The position numbers and the translations under genes were made by a program. From Octopus sinensis (Eukaryota), in the NCBI RefSeq assembly GCF_006345805.1, contig NC_042997.1, positions 82,646,001-82,710,000 of the forward strand: DNA of 64,000 bases, given 5' to 3'. Within the stretch, counting starts at the first letter, position 1. Each line of letters opens with the position of its first letter. Of this stretch, positions 12,436 through 23,779 are shown one piece after another. The notes beneath the pieces were generated by a model. That model was not told where the DNA came from and searched no databases. It was given only the letters and a program-made list of their open reading frames with translations.

Positions 12436-12720
12436 TATATATATAAATACAGATATGTACACTTTGTATATATATATATATACATCATATATACATATTT
12501 ATATATAGATACCGGGAAGCTTTATGAAAATAAACAAAAGATGAAGGCAGGTGGAATAGAAATAAACAATTGTATTAGTATGGCGCTCAGGAATATAAAT
12601 AAAACAAGTCTTTTACGTTTCCAGCCTACGCTCTTCCACAGAAAGATACACAAGAAAGAAACACGGAGAGAAACAAGGAGAGAAAAAAAATGCGTGCACA
12701 CACACACACACACACACATA
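12111..12720 (-). repeat. Tandem duplication, 331-bp period, carrying a Penelope-type terminal segment with a hammerhead-like motif
   Basis: Units start at 12111 and 12442 and are nearly identical apart from microsatellite length; motif at 12277-12315 and 12608-12646. Confidence 0.9.
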
Positions 12721-13520
12721 TAAATTAACCCAATAAATATCTAATTCATAATATTTGTTCTCATGATTGTGTAGTGGTTGTGGGCGATAATAATTTACCA
12801 TTGTAAAAGACCTGTGGCAGGAATATTCAAACTTTTGTGGCTGTTAATGCTTTCTCTCTATGAATGCAGGCAGATGTACAGAGAGAGAGAGAGAGAGAGA
12901 GAGGCAGTGGGAGAAAGAGTGACAGAGCCAGCAAAGGTGATGGGGAAAAGAGAGTGGAAGCAGTCGAACATTGTTATAGAGAGAAATTGGAGGGAAGGGA
13001 GGAAAGAGAGATCGAGGAAGAGAGGGTGATATGCAAAAGAGAGAAATGACAAACACTTGTCAAAGTGTGGGTTTTGTTGCCCTAGTAACCACAACTTTTG
13101 AGATAGGGATTTCTAACCTAGTCCACTCACTTCCTTGTCTCTTTTTACATGTCCCTGTAAATTTTGGAACCAATCCGACCCCATCTAGTGCCCCTTTCCA
13201 ATCCCCAAATCAAACTTTTTGCATTTCAGCTTTATAGATATTGATGTATGTGTGTGTATGCATGTATGTATGTGTATGTGTGTATATGTGTGTTCATGCC
13301 TGTGTATATGCTTGCATTAGTCCGTTTTTTAGGTTGTGCCTCTTTACTTTCACTTACTGGCTCAACAAATAGACATCCATAAAATAGACACCAGACTGAA
13401 ATAAGTACTGGATGCAAGGCAGTGCTGTAGCATGACTTCAAACCAGTGGTTGAACCCAACAAAAGATTAAAAGATTAGCAGTTTTAAAATTTTCAGATTT
13501 TACTTTGTAGTCTAATACCA

Positions 13521-13810
13521 GACACTCCGTCATTTATGATAATGAGTGTTCCAGCTGATCTTATCAATGGAACAGCCTGCTCATGAAATTAATGCATAAG
13601 TGGCCGAGCATTCCACAAACAAACATATATTTAATGTGATTCTCAGAGAGATTCAGTGTGACACAGAATATAATAAAATATAGGTAAAATTCATTTTACC
13701 CAGCAAAATGGATTGGAGTAATATTGCTCAAGGATACATGTTGCTGGGAATTGAACTAACAACCTTACGATTGTGAACTGAATACCCCTAACCACCAAGC
13801 TACACACCTT
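13521..13810 (-). mobile_element. CORE-type SINE (family E here), internally deleted
   Basis: gacactccgtc...gatcttatcaatggaacagcctgctcatgaaattaat...; homologous to the plus-strand copy at 30632-30950. Confidence 0.75.
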
Positions 13811-13854
13811 CACATTTAGAGGCCTATAAAAAGCTCAAAGAAAAATATACTCAC

Positions 13855-13920
13855 TCTATATGTAGTATTTCAGAGTATGATTCACTACCAGCCAGACAAT
13901 AACCAATCAATACTGAAGAC
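13855..13920 (-). CDS. Permease exon F (66 nt, phase 2-2): (L)SSVLIGYCLAGSESYSEILHI(E)
   Basis: tattgtttgtttgcag|GTCTTCAGT...CATATAGA|gtgagt. Confidence 0.92.
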
Positions 13921-13963
13921 CTGCAAACAAACAATATCTTTAAGTTTTACACTGTAGACCACA

Positions 13964-14340
13964 TCTTTTATCTTTAATTTGTTTCAGTCTTTAGACTGTG
14001 GCCATGCTGGGACACCACCTTGAAGAATTTTTAATTGAATGAGATGATTCCAATAATTTTTCTGTTTTCTTTAAGCCTGGTACTTATTCTATTGGTCTCT
14101 TTTTGTTGAACTGCTAGTTTACAGAGATGTAAGCACAGCAGCATCAGTTGTCAAGCAGTGATGGAGGACACAGACTCAAAGACACACATACATGAATATT
14201 TATATATGACAGTCTTTTTTCAGTTACTTTCTACCAAATCCATTCACAAGGCTTTGGTTATCCTGAGGCTTCCCAAGGTGCCACACAGTGGAATTGAACC
14301 TGGAACCATGTGGTTGGGAAGCAAGCTTCTTATTTCCTTA
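13964..14340 (-). mobile_element. SINE family A
   Basis: Tail and head motifs; ends about 45 bp upstream of the exon F acceptor. Confidence 0.82.
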
Positions 14341-14570
14341 TTACTCACAAGGGGCTAAACATAGAAGGGACAAACAAGGAGAGACAAAGGAATCAAGTCG
14401 ATTACATGATTTCATCAAACCCAGTACGTAACTGGTACTTAATTTATCAACCCTGAAAGGATGAAAGGCATAGCTGACCTCGGCGGAATTTGAACTCAGA
14501 ACGTAATGGCAGATGAATACCGCTAAGCATTTCACTCTGCATGCCAACATTTCAGCCAGCTCGCAAGCTT
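14341..14570 (-). mobile_element. SINE family B (tRNA-derived)
   Basis: Reverse complement of gcgagctggc...gagttcaaattccgccgaggtc...ctttcatcctttcagggttgataaattaagtaccag. Confidence 0.85.
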
Positions 14571-14876
14571 CTTACAATACAGCTATACCTCTGCCTATAT
14601 GTAAACATTAATATTTCATTTATAGTTATTTTCTTAACAATGACACAGAAACCAGACAGATTATAGATTTTTATTTCTGTTTTTATTTTTCATAAGTGTA
14701 GGCATGCCTGTGTTTAACCCTTTAGCATTCAGATTATTCTGTCAAATGCAATGCTTATTTATTAACATTATTTTATACTAGCTGGACTCGTAAAATTTCA
14801 CGGAAAATATAAAAAATGTAAGCATCTGTAAATTGTGTGCTGGTGCCATGAGAAATGTTTCTATAGCGTGATGGTT

Positions 14877-15098
14877 AAAGGTGGTGAGCTAGCAGAAGCG
14901 TCAGCACATTGGGCGAAATGCTTAGTGGTATTTTATCTGTCTTTACATTTTGAGTTCAAATTCTACCAAAGTCGACTTTGCCTTTCATCTTTTTGGGGTC
15001 AATAAATTAAGCTCTAGTTGCGTACTGGAGTCAATCTAATTGACTGGCCTTCTCCCACCAAAAATTTCAGGACTTGTGCCTATAGTAGAAAAGTATAT
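14877..15098 (+). mobile_element. SINE family B
   Basis: aaggtggtgagctagcagaa...gagttcaaattctaccaaagtcgactttgcctttcatc...gtgcctatagtagaaaag. Confidence 0.85.
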
Positions 15099-15259
15099 TG
15101 TGACAGTTACAGAATATAGAAAGAAGGGTAAAACCGATAACTATATTCATCCAATCAAAATATCTCAGTTATGCAAACATAAACAGTATTACTATTTAGC
15201 CTTAAAATACATCGTATATATTCAGAGAACCCTCTTGGTTTAGTGATATGGAACGTTTT

Positions 15260-15490
15260 ATTCTTTTATTCTGTTACGTGTTTCAGTTATTTAACGATGG
15301 CCATGCTGGAGCACCACCCTTTAGTCAAAGAAATTGACTCCTGGACTTATTTCTTGTAAGCCTGGTGCTTATTCTATCAGTCTCTTCAGAAGAACAGCTA
15401 AGTTACAGGGATGCAAACATACCAACATCGGTTGTCAAGCAATAGTGGTGGGGGTACAAACAAAAATATATTCATATGTATGTCTGTGTG
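15260..15490 (-). mobile_element. SINE family A tail
   Basis: ggccatgctggagcaccaccctttagtc...ggttgtcaagc. Confidence 0.75.
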
Positions 15491-15931
15491 TGTGTCTTTT
15501 AGTTTTTGTTTACTTATACACATCAACAAATGAGCCAATTGAACAACTCTGTGTGGTTGTTCAATTTGCTAGAAATAACAGCCAAATCTCTCTCATACTA
15601 TGCTCTTGTTAGTATTAAAGGAAGAGAAAAAATAGAATTAATATTTTTGATTTTGTTCGGCTCTATGAATTTAATTTTTTTAATGTTTTCATCCATTACT
15701 TGATACAAAAAAAAAAAAAGAAATTGGAAAAATCCTGACCAAAACAGAGAAATTGTAACTTAACAAAAATATAGAAAGAGAAAGCCAAAAGATGTTCTTT
15801 AGCTGAGGAGTAATTTTATAATTAAAACAAATTCAAAATTTAAATTTTGGAACATAAGACTTAACATGTTATCTGGTGTATGGCCAAATTCAAATGGGTA
15901 GAAGACTTAAAACAAATGTGTGCGTGCGCGT

Positions 15932-15967
<36 letters not shown>

Positions 15968-16344
15968 TTGGGCCTTTAACAGCCAGGGGTCAATTTCAGT
16001 TCAATCGTAGAAAGGAATTCAAAGGAATTCAGCCATTCCCTCTCACTATCTCTCTTTTTCTTTCTCACTTCCTTTCTCCCTTAAGTAACTTAATCTTCCT
16101 ATTAAGATCGTTGCTGCTTCAGTGGAAAAGTAAGCATGGGTGTTGAGAAGTAGTAATACAACACATAGGTGGTGCTTTCAAATCTCTTCCAGAAATTACA
16201 AGAGATCTAGTTAAAATTTTTTATTTAAGCAACAAAATTTCTTTCAACAATTTCTTTCTGTTAAGTGTGACACACACTTCAGGTATGTACAAAAAACAAA
16301 TTGGTGTATTCATATTATTGATTAATTGTGCATTATCTTGGTTA

Positions 16345-17030
16345 TTTATTTTAAAAATAACATTATAAGATAAGTGTAGGAGGCCAGATCTGGCTTGTTT
16401 GAACATAGAACAGGTGGAATATTTGGGCTAGATATGGCTGATTTAAATGCTAAAGGGTTAAAGCTTGCTTTGCAACCATGTGGTTTCAGGTTCAGTCCCA
16501 CTATGCAGCACCTTAGGCAAGTGTTTTCTCCCGTAAACTCCAGACCTGTCAATGTCATGTGAGTAAATTTGGTAGAGAGAAACTGTGTGGAAGCCTGCTG
16601 TATGTATATATATATATATATATAGTAAATCAAAATGATCAGAGGTCCTTCCTGAGCCATAGGCTCATAATGCTGGTTTCCTGGACTCTGTGACATATAT
16701 ATTCTACCTCCATTCCGCCGAGGTTGACTTTGCCTTTCATCCTTTCAAGGTCGATAAATTGAGTACCAGTTACGCACTGGGGTCAATGTAATCGGCTCAA
16801 TCCCTTTGTCTATCCTTGTTTGTCTCCTCTGTATTTAGCCCCTTGTGGGTAGTAAAGAAATATATATTCTACCCCCACTGGATAGGACACCAGTCCATTG
16901 CAAGATTACTCCCTTTTGCCAGCTGAGTGGAATGGAGCAATGTGAAATGAAGTGTTTTGCTCAAGAACACAACATATTGCCTGGCCCAGGAATCAAAACC
17001 ATAATCTTACTTTCATGGGTTACTCAAAAT
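16345..17030. mobile_element. Nested cluster: piggyBac-type MITE end (16345-16460), family A head (16458-16600), family B fragment (16711-16862) inserted in a CORE-type SINE (16640-17030)
   Basis: aatgctaaagggttaa terminus, family A and B motifs, and the CORE domain ccagctgagtggaatggagcaatgtgaaatgaagtgttttgctcaag. Confidence 0.7.
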
Positions 17031-17129
17031 TTAACTTACCTATAATCTAGCTTTCAAAAATGAAGGCATGAATGACAAAGAGCCTTTCTGAAGAGTGATT
17101 TTTATTATAAACTTCTTTTTTTTTTATCT

Positions 17130-17320
17130 TATTGTAGAAAGGTACAGTGCCAGACATAATTCTTTCCAACAAAGCATTGCTTCTTTTAGATAATGCACTA
17201 TGTCACCCAGTGAACTTAAATCAGTTTTCTGATAATGTGAGAGTAGATGTATCCCCAAAATAAAACTTCTTAATTCTAGCCAATGGATCAAGGTGTGATT
17301 GCTAACTCCAAATCACAGCT
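17130..17320 (+). mobile_element. pogo/Tigger transposase (DDE_1) remnant
   Basis: NKALLLLDNALCHPVNL...NVRV...PMDQGVIANSK matches LLLDNAPxHP...QPMDQGVI. Confidence 0.85.
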
Positions 17321-17369
17321 TAAAGAGGCTCTCTGTTGCTCCAACATATTTCCATGCATGTGTCCTTAT

Positions 17370-17480
17370 GTTAGTGGTGTTGCTGCTGCTACCACTGCTG
17401 TCGCTGTTGTTACTAGTAGAGACATTACTGGTGCTGTTGTTGTTGCTGCTGCTATCACTGCCATTGCTGCTGTTACTGGT
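17370..17480. repeat. Degenerate (GCT/GTT)n trinucleotide tract
   Basis: gttgctgctgctaccactgctgtcgctgttgtt...; source of ORF calls 17283 and 17299. Confidence 0.8.
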
Positions 17481-17966
17481 GGATACCACCTCTACCTCAT
17501 ATAGAATGGCCTCAGAGTTTCATAGACTATCTACTGAGCATTTACTCTTAGAATAAGTATCAGGTTTAAAAAAAACGAATTATTGGGGTCGATTCATTTG
17601 ACTAAAATTCATCAAGGCAGTGATCGAAACAAGTAAATAAGTTACTTTTATTTTACACACATCTGGGGAGTAGAATTACTTAAGTGAACAAAAATTGTTC
17701 TAGGATGGAACATTAAACTTGTTGCCATTATTTAATCCCATGTAAACTCTGACAGAGAAGACCTATGATTAAAGGCTTTCAACTAGTGACTATCCTATTT
17801 TTTGGTATATCTATCACTACATTGCCTGTATGTCCTTCCCTTACTTAAGTTAGTATAGGGAGGTTGAGATTTGGCTGCTATTTTTGTAAGATCAAAAGAT
17901 GGTGTAGAATTTTCCTTATTGATATTGAAGTAATGTAGAGAAAAGAAAAACGTTTTAGAAACTTAC

Positions 17967-18093
17967 AGCTGCAACACAGCCAGGAAATCAAAAATGTGTC
18001 GTACTCCATTGCAGAGAAACATCTCACTTAACATGTGAAGATTAGGTGGAGTGATGAAGTGGTTGTGCAGGTTATCCTCATCTTCACTAGATT
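17967..18093 (-). CDS. Permease exon E (127 nt, phase 1-2): (E)SSEDEDNLHNHFITPPNLHMLSEMFLCNGVRHIFDFLAVLQ(L)
   Basis: ctcttctcatttcttttctag|AATCTAGTG...TTGCAGCT|gtaagt; open frame. Confidence 0.92.
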
Positions 18094-18244
18094 CTAGAAA
18101 AGAAATGAGAAGAGCTGCATATAGGCATGCATGTATTCAATGTATGTATATATAATTTTTGTCCTGAGGTAGTGTAATATTGTAATGTTATAAGTTATGT
18201 TATATCAAATTGCATAAATTTGTATTTTTATTTATCGTTGTGCT

Positions 18245-20174
18245 CAGAGCTGGGCATAAGTCCGTTAATCGTTAATGATTTCACTTTTAAGTTAACTTTG
18301 AAAATTATTATTGGACTAATTAACTTCCATTACATTTAGCTTCTGTTAACTCAAGTCCATTAACCCAAATAAGTGACTTCTTGTAGCTTTGAGATAATGT
18401 AAGGGCTTTTCTTCCAGAAAGCACAGAGATAGGAATAAAGCAAAATTAACTGAGGTGGATGTCAACAGAGAAAATATTGACTTCCATAAAGTGGGAAAAA
18501 TAAATGGAAGGAAAATAGTTGGTAAATATTTTGATGTGAACACAAACAGCTGTTACATGGTAGCAGGGCATGCTAGAAATAGTAACTAAGTACTTTCTCT
18601 TCTGGAAAAAGGGGCCGTTTACGCATGATTTTCGATGTCACATTTATTGAAAGCATGCAAAATAATCAGGAAAGAAAAAAAGACCCATGAAACAAAACTC
18701 CTTTGGTGGGAAACTTCAAAGTCTCAACCACCTCTCCTACCTTTCTTTTCCAGAAAAAAGTGGCTTGTAGTGGTTTTGGAGGTCAGATATGCTGAATGCA
18801 TTAAAAAAAACTGTGGAAAAAAATTATTCTACACTGAGATACGAAATATTTACTGAAAGAATAAAATCTTGTACCAATTATACCTGTATTTTAATTTATT
18901 CAAATCAATGTACCTTGTCTTGAAAAGTGGCAACATTTTTGTCGGTTGCCATCTGGGATAATTTTAGTAACAAATCAAACAAGTAAGAATCATTAATAAT
19001 TTCAATTTTAGTGTTTATCCATAATGTTATTGCTTTTACACCTGTTAATCAAATTTACCTGCCCATAAAAGTCAAATTCACTCAGCAAGATCAGCTAAAA
19101 TTACATAACTATAAACTAGTGGTATATAAAGCACCCACTGACAAAATTTCAAATATGTATGTAAAAAATTTACAAAGTTACAAGCAAATATTGTGGACAC
19201 CCCTCTTGAACATGAATAATTCAAAATAACATGAACAAAAAAAGCATTACATTTGATAGATTAATATGAACACTAAAGATGCTTTTAGGTGTCTTTTTCT
19301 TACACACACATAACACAGCCTTGCTCAATTGGGACTACATGTGTGTTACTTCGACATCATCATTCCAGAAAAATTTGTTTATGGGTAGAAAATTATCAAT
19401 AGATATGTGAGTGAGAAAGAAATGAGGTGGGAGGTTTTGGGATGTGCTAGAAACAACAGCCAGATCTCCCTTAAATCACACATTTTCCTCTGAAATTATT
19501 AACAATTTTTTAAAAACCAAAAATGTTTCTCTCATGGGTTTTAAGTGTGTAGTGAAAAAAAAATGGCCAAAATTGTTTTGAACTGGGGAAGTGATGGGGT
19601 GGCGAGAGTGAAAAAAAAATTTTCAAAATTCTTTTCCTTTTTTTATGAAAAGATGCCTCCCATTATTCTGAAGACTGGTGAAAAACATTGGGGAAAATCC
19701 CTATCAAAATGGAGAAATTTCAGCTTATGTGGGCCGTCTGATCTGAAACTCCATTTTCTAGAAACTCCTTCCCCCACCCCCTTCCAAAAAATTTGCCTAC
19801 AAATTTCTTTGTAATCATAATCTACACCATTTGAAATGTATTTGTATAAAATTTCATTAAAAAATGCCTATTTTCCAGAAAGTTATGAGGGGGAAATGTC
19901 GGGTTGTATGAATTTTCCAGAACTCCTCAGAAAATTGTTTTCCAACAAATCTTTACATACACTCAATCTACAGGATATAAGTGATTATTTGGTGACAGTT
20001 TCGTTAAAAATTATGCATTTTTCTGGAAGTTATGAGGCAACAAATCGGTGGAGTATTAAACTGTAGTTACACATTTTTTCAATAACAGTTAACGCTAACT
20101 TCTATTACATTTCAAAGAATTAACGGATTAATGATTAATAAAGTTGATTTTTCGATTAACGGTGCCTACCTCTG
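18245..20174. mobile_element. Non-autonomous hAT-like element (about 1.9 kb)
   Basis: TIRs CAGAGCTGGGCA and TGCCTACCTCTG; subterminal CGTTAA/TTAACG repeats at both ends; flanks gttgtgct and gttgtatc (5/8, decayed TSD). Confidence 0.65.
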
Positions 20175-20179
20175 GTTGT

Positions 20180-21060
20180 ATCTATTGTCAATGTGGTTGG
20201 GTTGAAGTGGTGTTATTAACATCTGGGTTGTGGTAGTCGTTGGGTTGCAGTTATTTCATTTTTACTTTCTGTTGAGGGAGTGGGTGAGTTAGGATTCTGT
20301 CTCTAGTATGTGTAATGCTTACCTAACTTGTCTAAATGTTGGATCATGCAAATGTATAGCAAATAATTTTGTCTTAATGTTATCTATCAAACCACCATAC
20401 TTATCTTCAGCATGTTGGTAAAGTATTGATGCTGGCTTCTTGTCACTGCAGTCATACCAGTGTTCCTTTATTTTTCACTTATACTATTAGCCATTTCACA
20501 TATAATTTGAGGTACTCATAAATATCTTATACAGCAATAATTCTCAAATTTTTTTGACTATCTTTTTTTAACTAACACTTTTTTGATGTCTCTTTACTAC
20601 AACTGAACAAAATTAAACAGACAACAAAAAATTTCTAGTGACAAGTTGATCACCTTTAAAAGACTATACATAAACAATTTTTCTTCAACATAATATGAAA
20701 TGTCAAAACGACACCTTGGCTACTAATGTTACCAATAATTCACATACAGAATAAAAATTGAAAATATATTTGAGAATTAGGACAATTAAAAATTTTATAG
20801 AAATTTTTTATGGTTGAACTGTCTTGTAGGTGAAATTTCCTTACAAATTTAATGACATAACTGTTTTCACCTTCACTAATCTTCACCCTTTCATCCATCT
20901 CTTCATTTATATCAATCAGCTTGTCTCTCAAATCACTCATACTTCTCCATCTCTCATTTCCTCATTACCTATAAAGCTTGCAAACTATGAATGGCCAGCC
21001 CCTACTTCTTCTATCCTTCACTAGGGCTGTGTACAAGAGACTGAATTGGTTCATCTTTAT
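20180..21060 (-). mobile_element. Decayed Penelope-like element, GIY-YIG end
   Basis: Minus strand gives LRDKLIDINEEMDERVKISEG and SILYQHAEDKYGG...KLFAIHLHDPTFRQVR*ALHI...LNRK. Confidence 0.6.
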
Positions 21061-21268
21061 CATTCTATTTGTGTCTATTTCAATCATTTCAAACATCACC
21101 CTACCATTCATATCTCTCCTCTCATCCATGTACTGCCATTCATCATTTGCTTTCCACTACCTATTCTCTCACTGCCTCCCCATAACTTCTCCACCACTTC
21201 AACACTGCCTTTCCCTGTTTCTGGTCTACTTTTACCATACCCACATCTATATATATATACATACATAC

Positions 21269-21383
21269 ACAGGGGTTGAACAAAATGGAAACACCTAGCA
21301 TCATAATTTTGAAATATCTATAAAACTGTCAAAAGCTTGTTTATTTTTGTTTTTTTATTTATTATTAGTGTTGCTTAATATGT
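21269..21383 (+). mobile_element. Tc1-like terminal fragment
   Basis: ta-caggggttgaacaaaat-ggaaacacc terminus typical of Tc1-type TIRs. Confidence 0.55.
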
Positions 21384-21385
21384 AA

Positions 21386-21760
21386 GATGGCTTACAAGAA
21401 TATAAAACGTACACAGGAGCTTCAGAAAATTCATTCAAGACTCAATTCTATTCCTGCCGAAATTATTTCCGATACCCTGAGAATAAGACAATAACAAGTC
21501 TTACAAAACATATCTGGGAATTGAAAGAGACTAACACCTGTCCTTTCAATGTAACCTGGGAAGTTCTACAAAAAGCATCATCACACAGACATGCGCTTAT
21601 AAAAGACCTATGAAATGTAATCTTTGCCTCTCAGAAAAGTTCTTCATCCTGTTCCAGGCCAAACATGCTTTGAACCAGAGACGTGAGCTCTTAAATTCTT
21701 GTAGACTATGAGGTTTAAAATGTCAACCGATAAAATACCATATGGGTAAAATGTTTTGAC
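21386..21760 (+). mobile_element. Penelope-like GIY-YIG C-terminal fragment
   Basis: YTGASENSFKTQFY...TSLTKHIWELKE...VTWEVLQKA...CNLCLSEKFFIL; degenerate hammerhead-like ctatgaGGTT...AACCgataa follows. Confidence 0.82.
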
Positions 21761-23104
21761 TTTCAGAAAATTTTGATTGTTGCATTTGAATTTGACTTTA
21801 CATCTTATAGTTATTTGGTATTGCAATGTTAGTGCATATTTCGACTTCACTTTTAAGAAAACCTTTGACGGTTTTACAAATTTAAGCTTAAGCTTCGCTG
21901 AGGTTTATTTTTATTGTTAACTCATGCATTTAATTATGTTATATCAATTTATTTTCCAGTTTCCTTATTTTAACATTTTAATATTATATATACCAGATAG
22001 TTTTTTGAAAATTGTTTGCGTATATACAATATGATGTATATATTTATCTTGATGTGAAGATATGTCTCTATATATTTATGTGCATGTATTGTAGGTATGT
22101 GTATGTATATATATATATACATATATATACATATTTATATATATATATGTATATATACATTTATATATGTGGGCATGTATTTGCATACATATTTTTTGTA
22201 TATTTGTATGCATGTCTATATGTGTGTGTATTTGTATATATGTTTGTATTTATGTAGAGATACATGTAATTTTATGTGTGCATTTTTATGTGTTCATTTC
22301 GCAAGCTGAACGAAGTATCTAACGTTTGCTAGATACTTTTCAAATGCCATTATTCCACTCTCTCTAATTTTGCTTCTCTTTCTTTTATTTCATTTTCTTC
22401 ATTTCCCCTTTTTTCTTTCTCCCCCACCACTTGTTATTCTCTGATTTTGCCCTTTTCTTTCTTTAGCCTGTAACAACTAACTTATATAAGCATACACCAG
22501 CAAATTTTGTGCACGTGCATATGTGTGCGTGCATACATATATATGCATTTGTATATATTTATGTCTTGCCTATATATGTCTGTATATGTATGTAGCCATG
22601 TACCTGCATCTGTATTTTTAGTGTATATACGTATATTATAGATTGTTTGGTATGTGTATATATTGCTAAATGTATATGTGATCTAGTATAAAAATTTTTT
22701 TAAACGGATATATCTTTTAATTTATTAATATTTTACAGCTAATTATTTACTCTGGGTATTTAGGCCTTTTCCTTCTTTATATGCTATTTTTGATTTAAAG
22801 CTTCCTTTGATTTTTATAATAATATGATTTTAAACTGCAATTTGTTATTTCATGCAACCGGTTATTGGAAAGGCTGTTAGCTGAAAGGACCGATTTCAAA
22901 TGTGTATCTTTCAAAGTAATTATATTTCTGCATATAATTTTATCTTGCTCCATTCTAAACAAAACTGTCCAACGAATGGGAACATGAAACTCTGAGTAAC
23001 AGTTTTTGTGATATTTTTGCTCCTTTTTAATAAAGCATATTACTCTACCTCTGGTATTCAAGTACTATTTTTTCCACCTTGTTTTGCATTTATGTGCTTA
23101 CTCT

Positions 23105-23142
<38 letters not shown>

Positions 23143-23504
23143 CTTTTGGTGTGAATGCTTTTGTTATACGGCACCGTATTTTACAATTCTGTAAATAATA
23201 ATAATGGTATTTTTTAGATAAACTTAAAGCTTATGCCGATCACTGTGCAATGACTAAGGAAAATAGTCTAATAATGGGGCATATAAGCCCTTGACAGAAA
23301 AAAGAAGGCTTTCCTATCTGCACGAGACATAAGCTTTAAGCTTATATAAAGATACAATATATATATATATATATATATATATAGATATACACACACACAC
23401 ATACACATACATATATGCATGTATTTACATTTGTGTCTGAGTGTATCTGTAATATGCATTTGTTCATACAAATTGAGTAAATAGATTGTATAGTGAAAAT
23501 TTAC

Positions 23505-23559
23505 CACTTTCTTCCTTTTTATTCTGAAGTGCATCGTGGAGTTCTTTATCAAGACTTTC
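23505..23559 (-). CDS. Permease exon D (55 nt, phase 0-1): ESLDKELHDALQNKKEES(E)
   Basis: ttgctgtttacag|GAAAGTCTT...GAAAGTG|gtaaat; charged loop whose phase bridges exons C and E. Confidence 0.82.
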
Positions 23560-23779
23560 CTGTAAACAGCAATTGTTTAATAAGAAAATGTAAGAGCAGT
23601 AAAATATATTTCAATGTTAATTTCTTATATAAACATGAAAGTTAAGATGTGTAGTAGTAGTGGTGGTGGTGGTGGTGTTGGTAATGATTTATTTTATTTG
23701 TCATGAGGGTGATGAATATGAGATCATTATGAAGACAAATTACAAAAACAATATGTCTTTCCATGAATCAATTGCACAA

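Noticed and set aside
17283-17556. Poly-Ala/Val and poly-Leu ORFs resembling membrane or signal peptides
   Set aside because: They come from a trinucleotide tract between a Tigger remnant and a SINE tail.
23270-23340. Hammerhead candidate ctgtcaa-GGGC-ttatat-GCCC on the minus strand
   Set aside because: No GAAA follows stem II.
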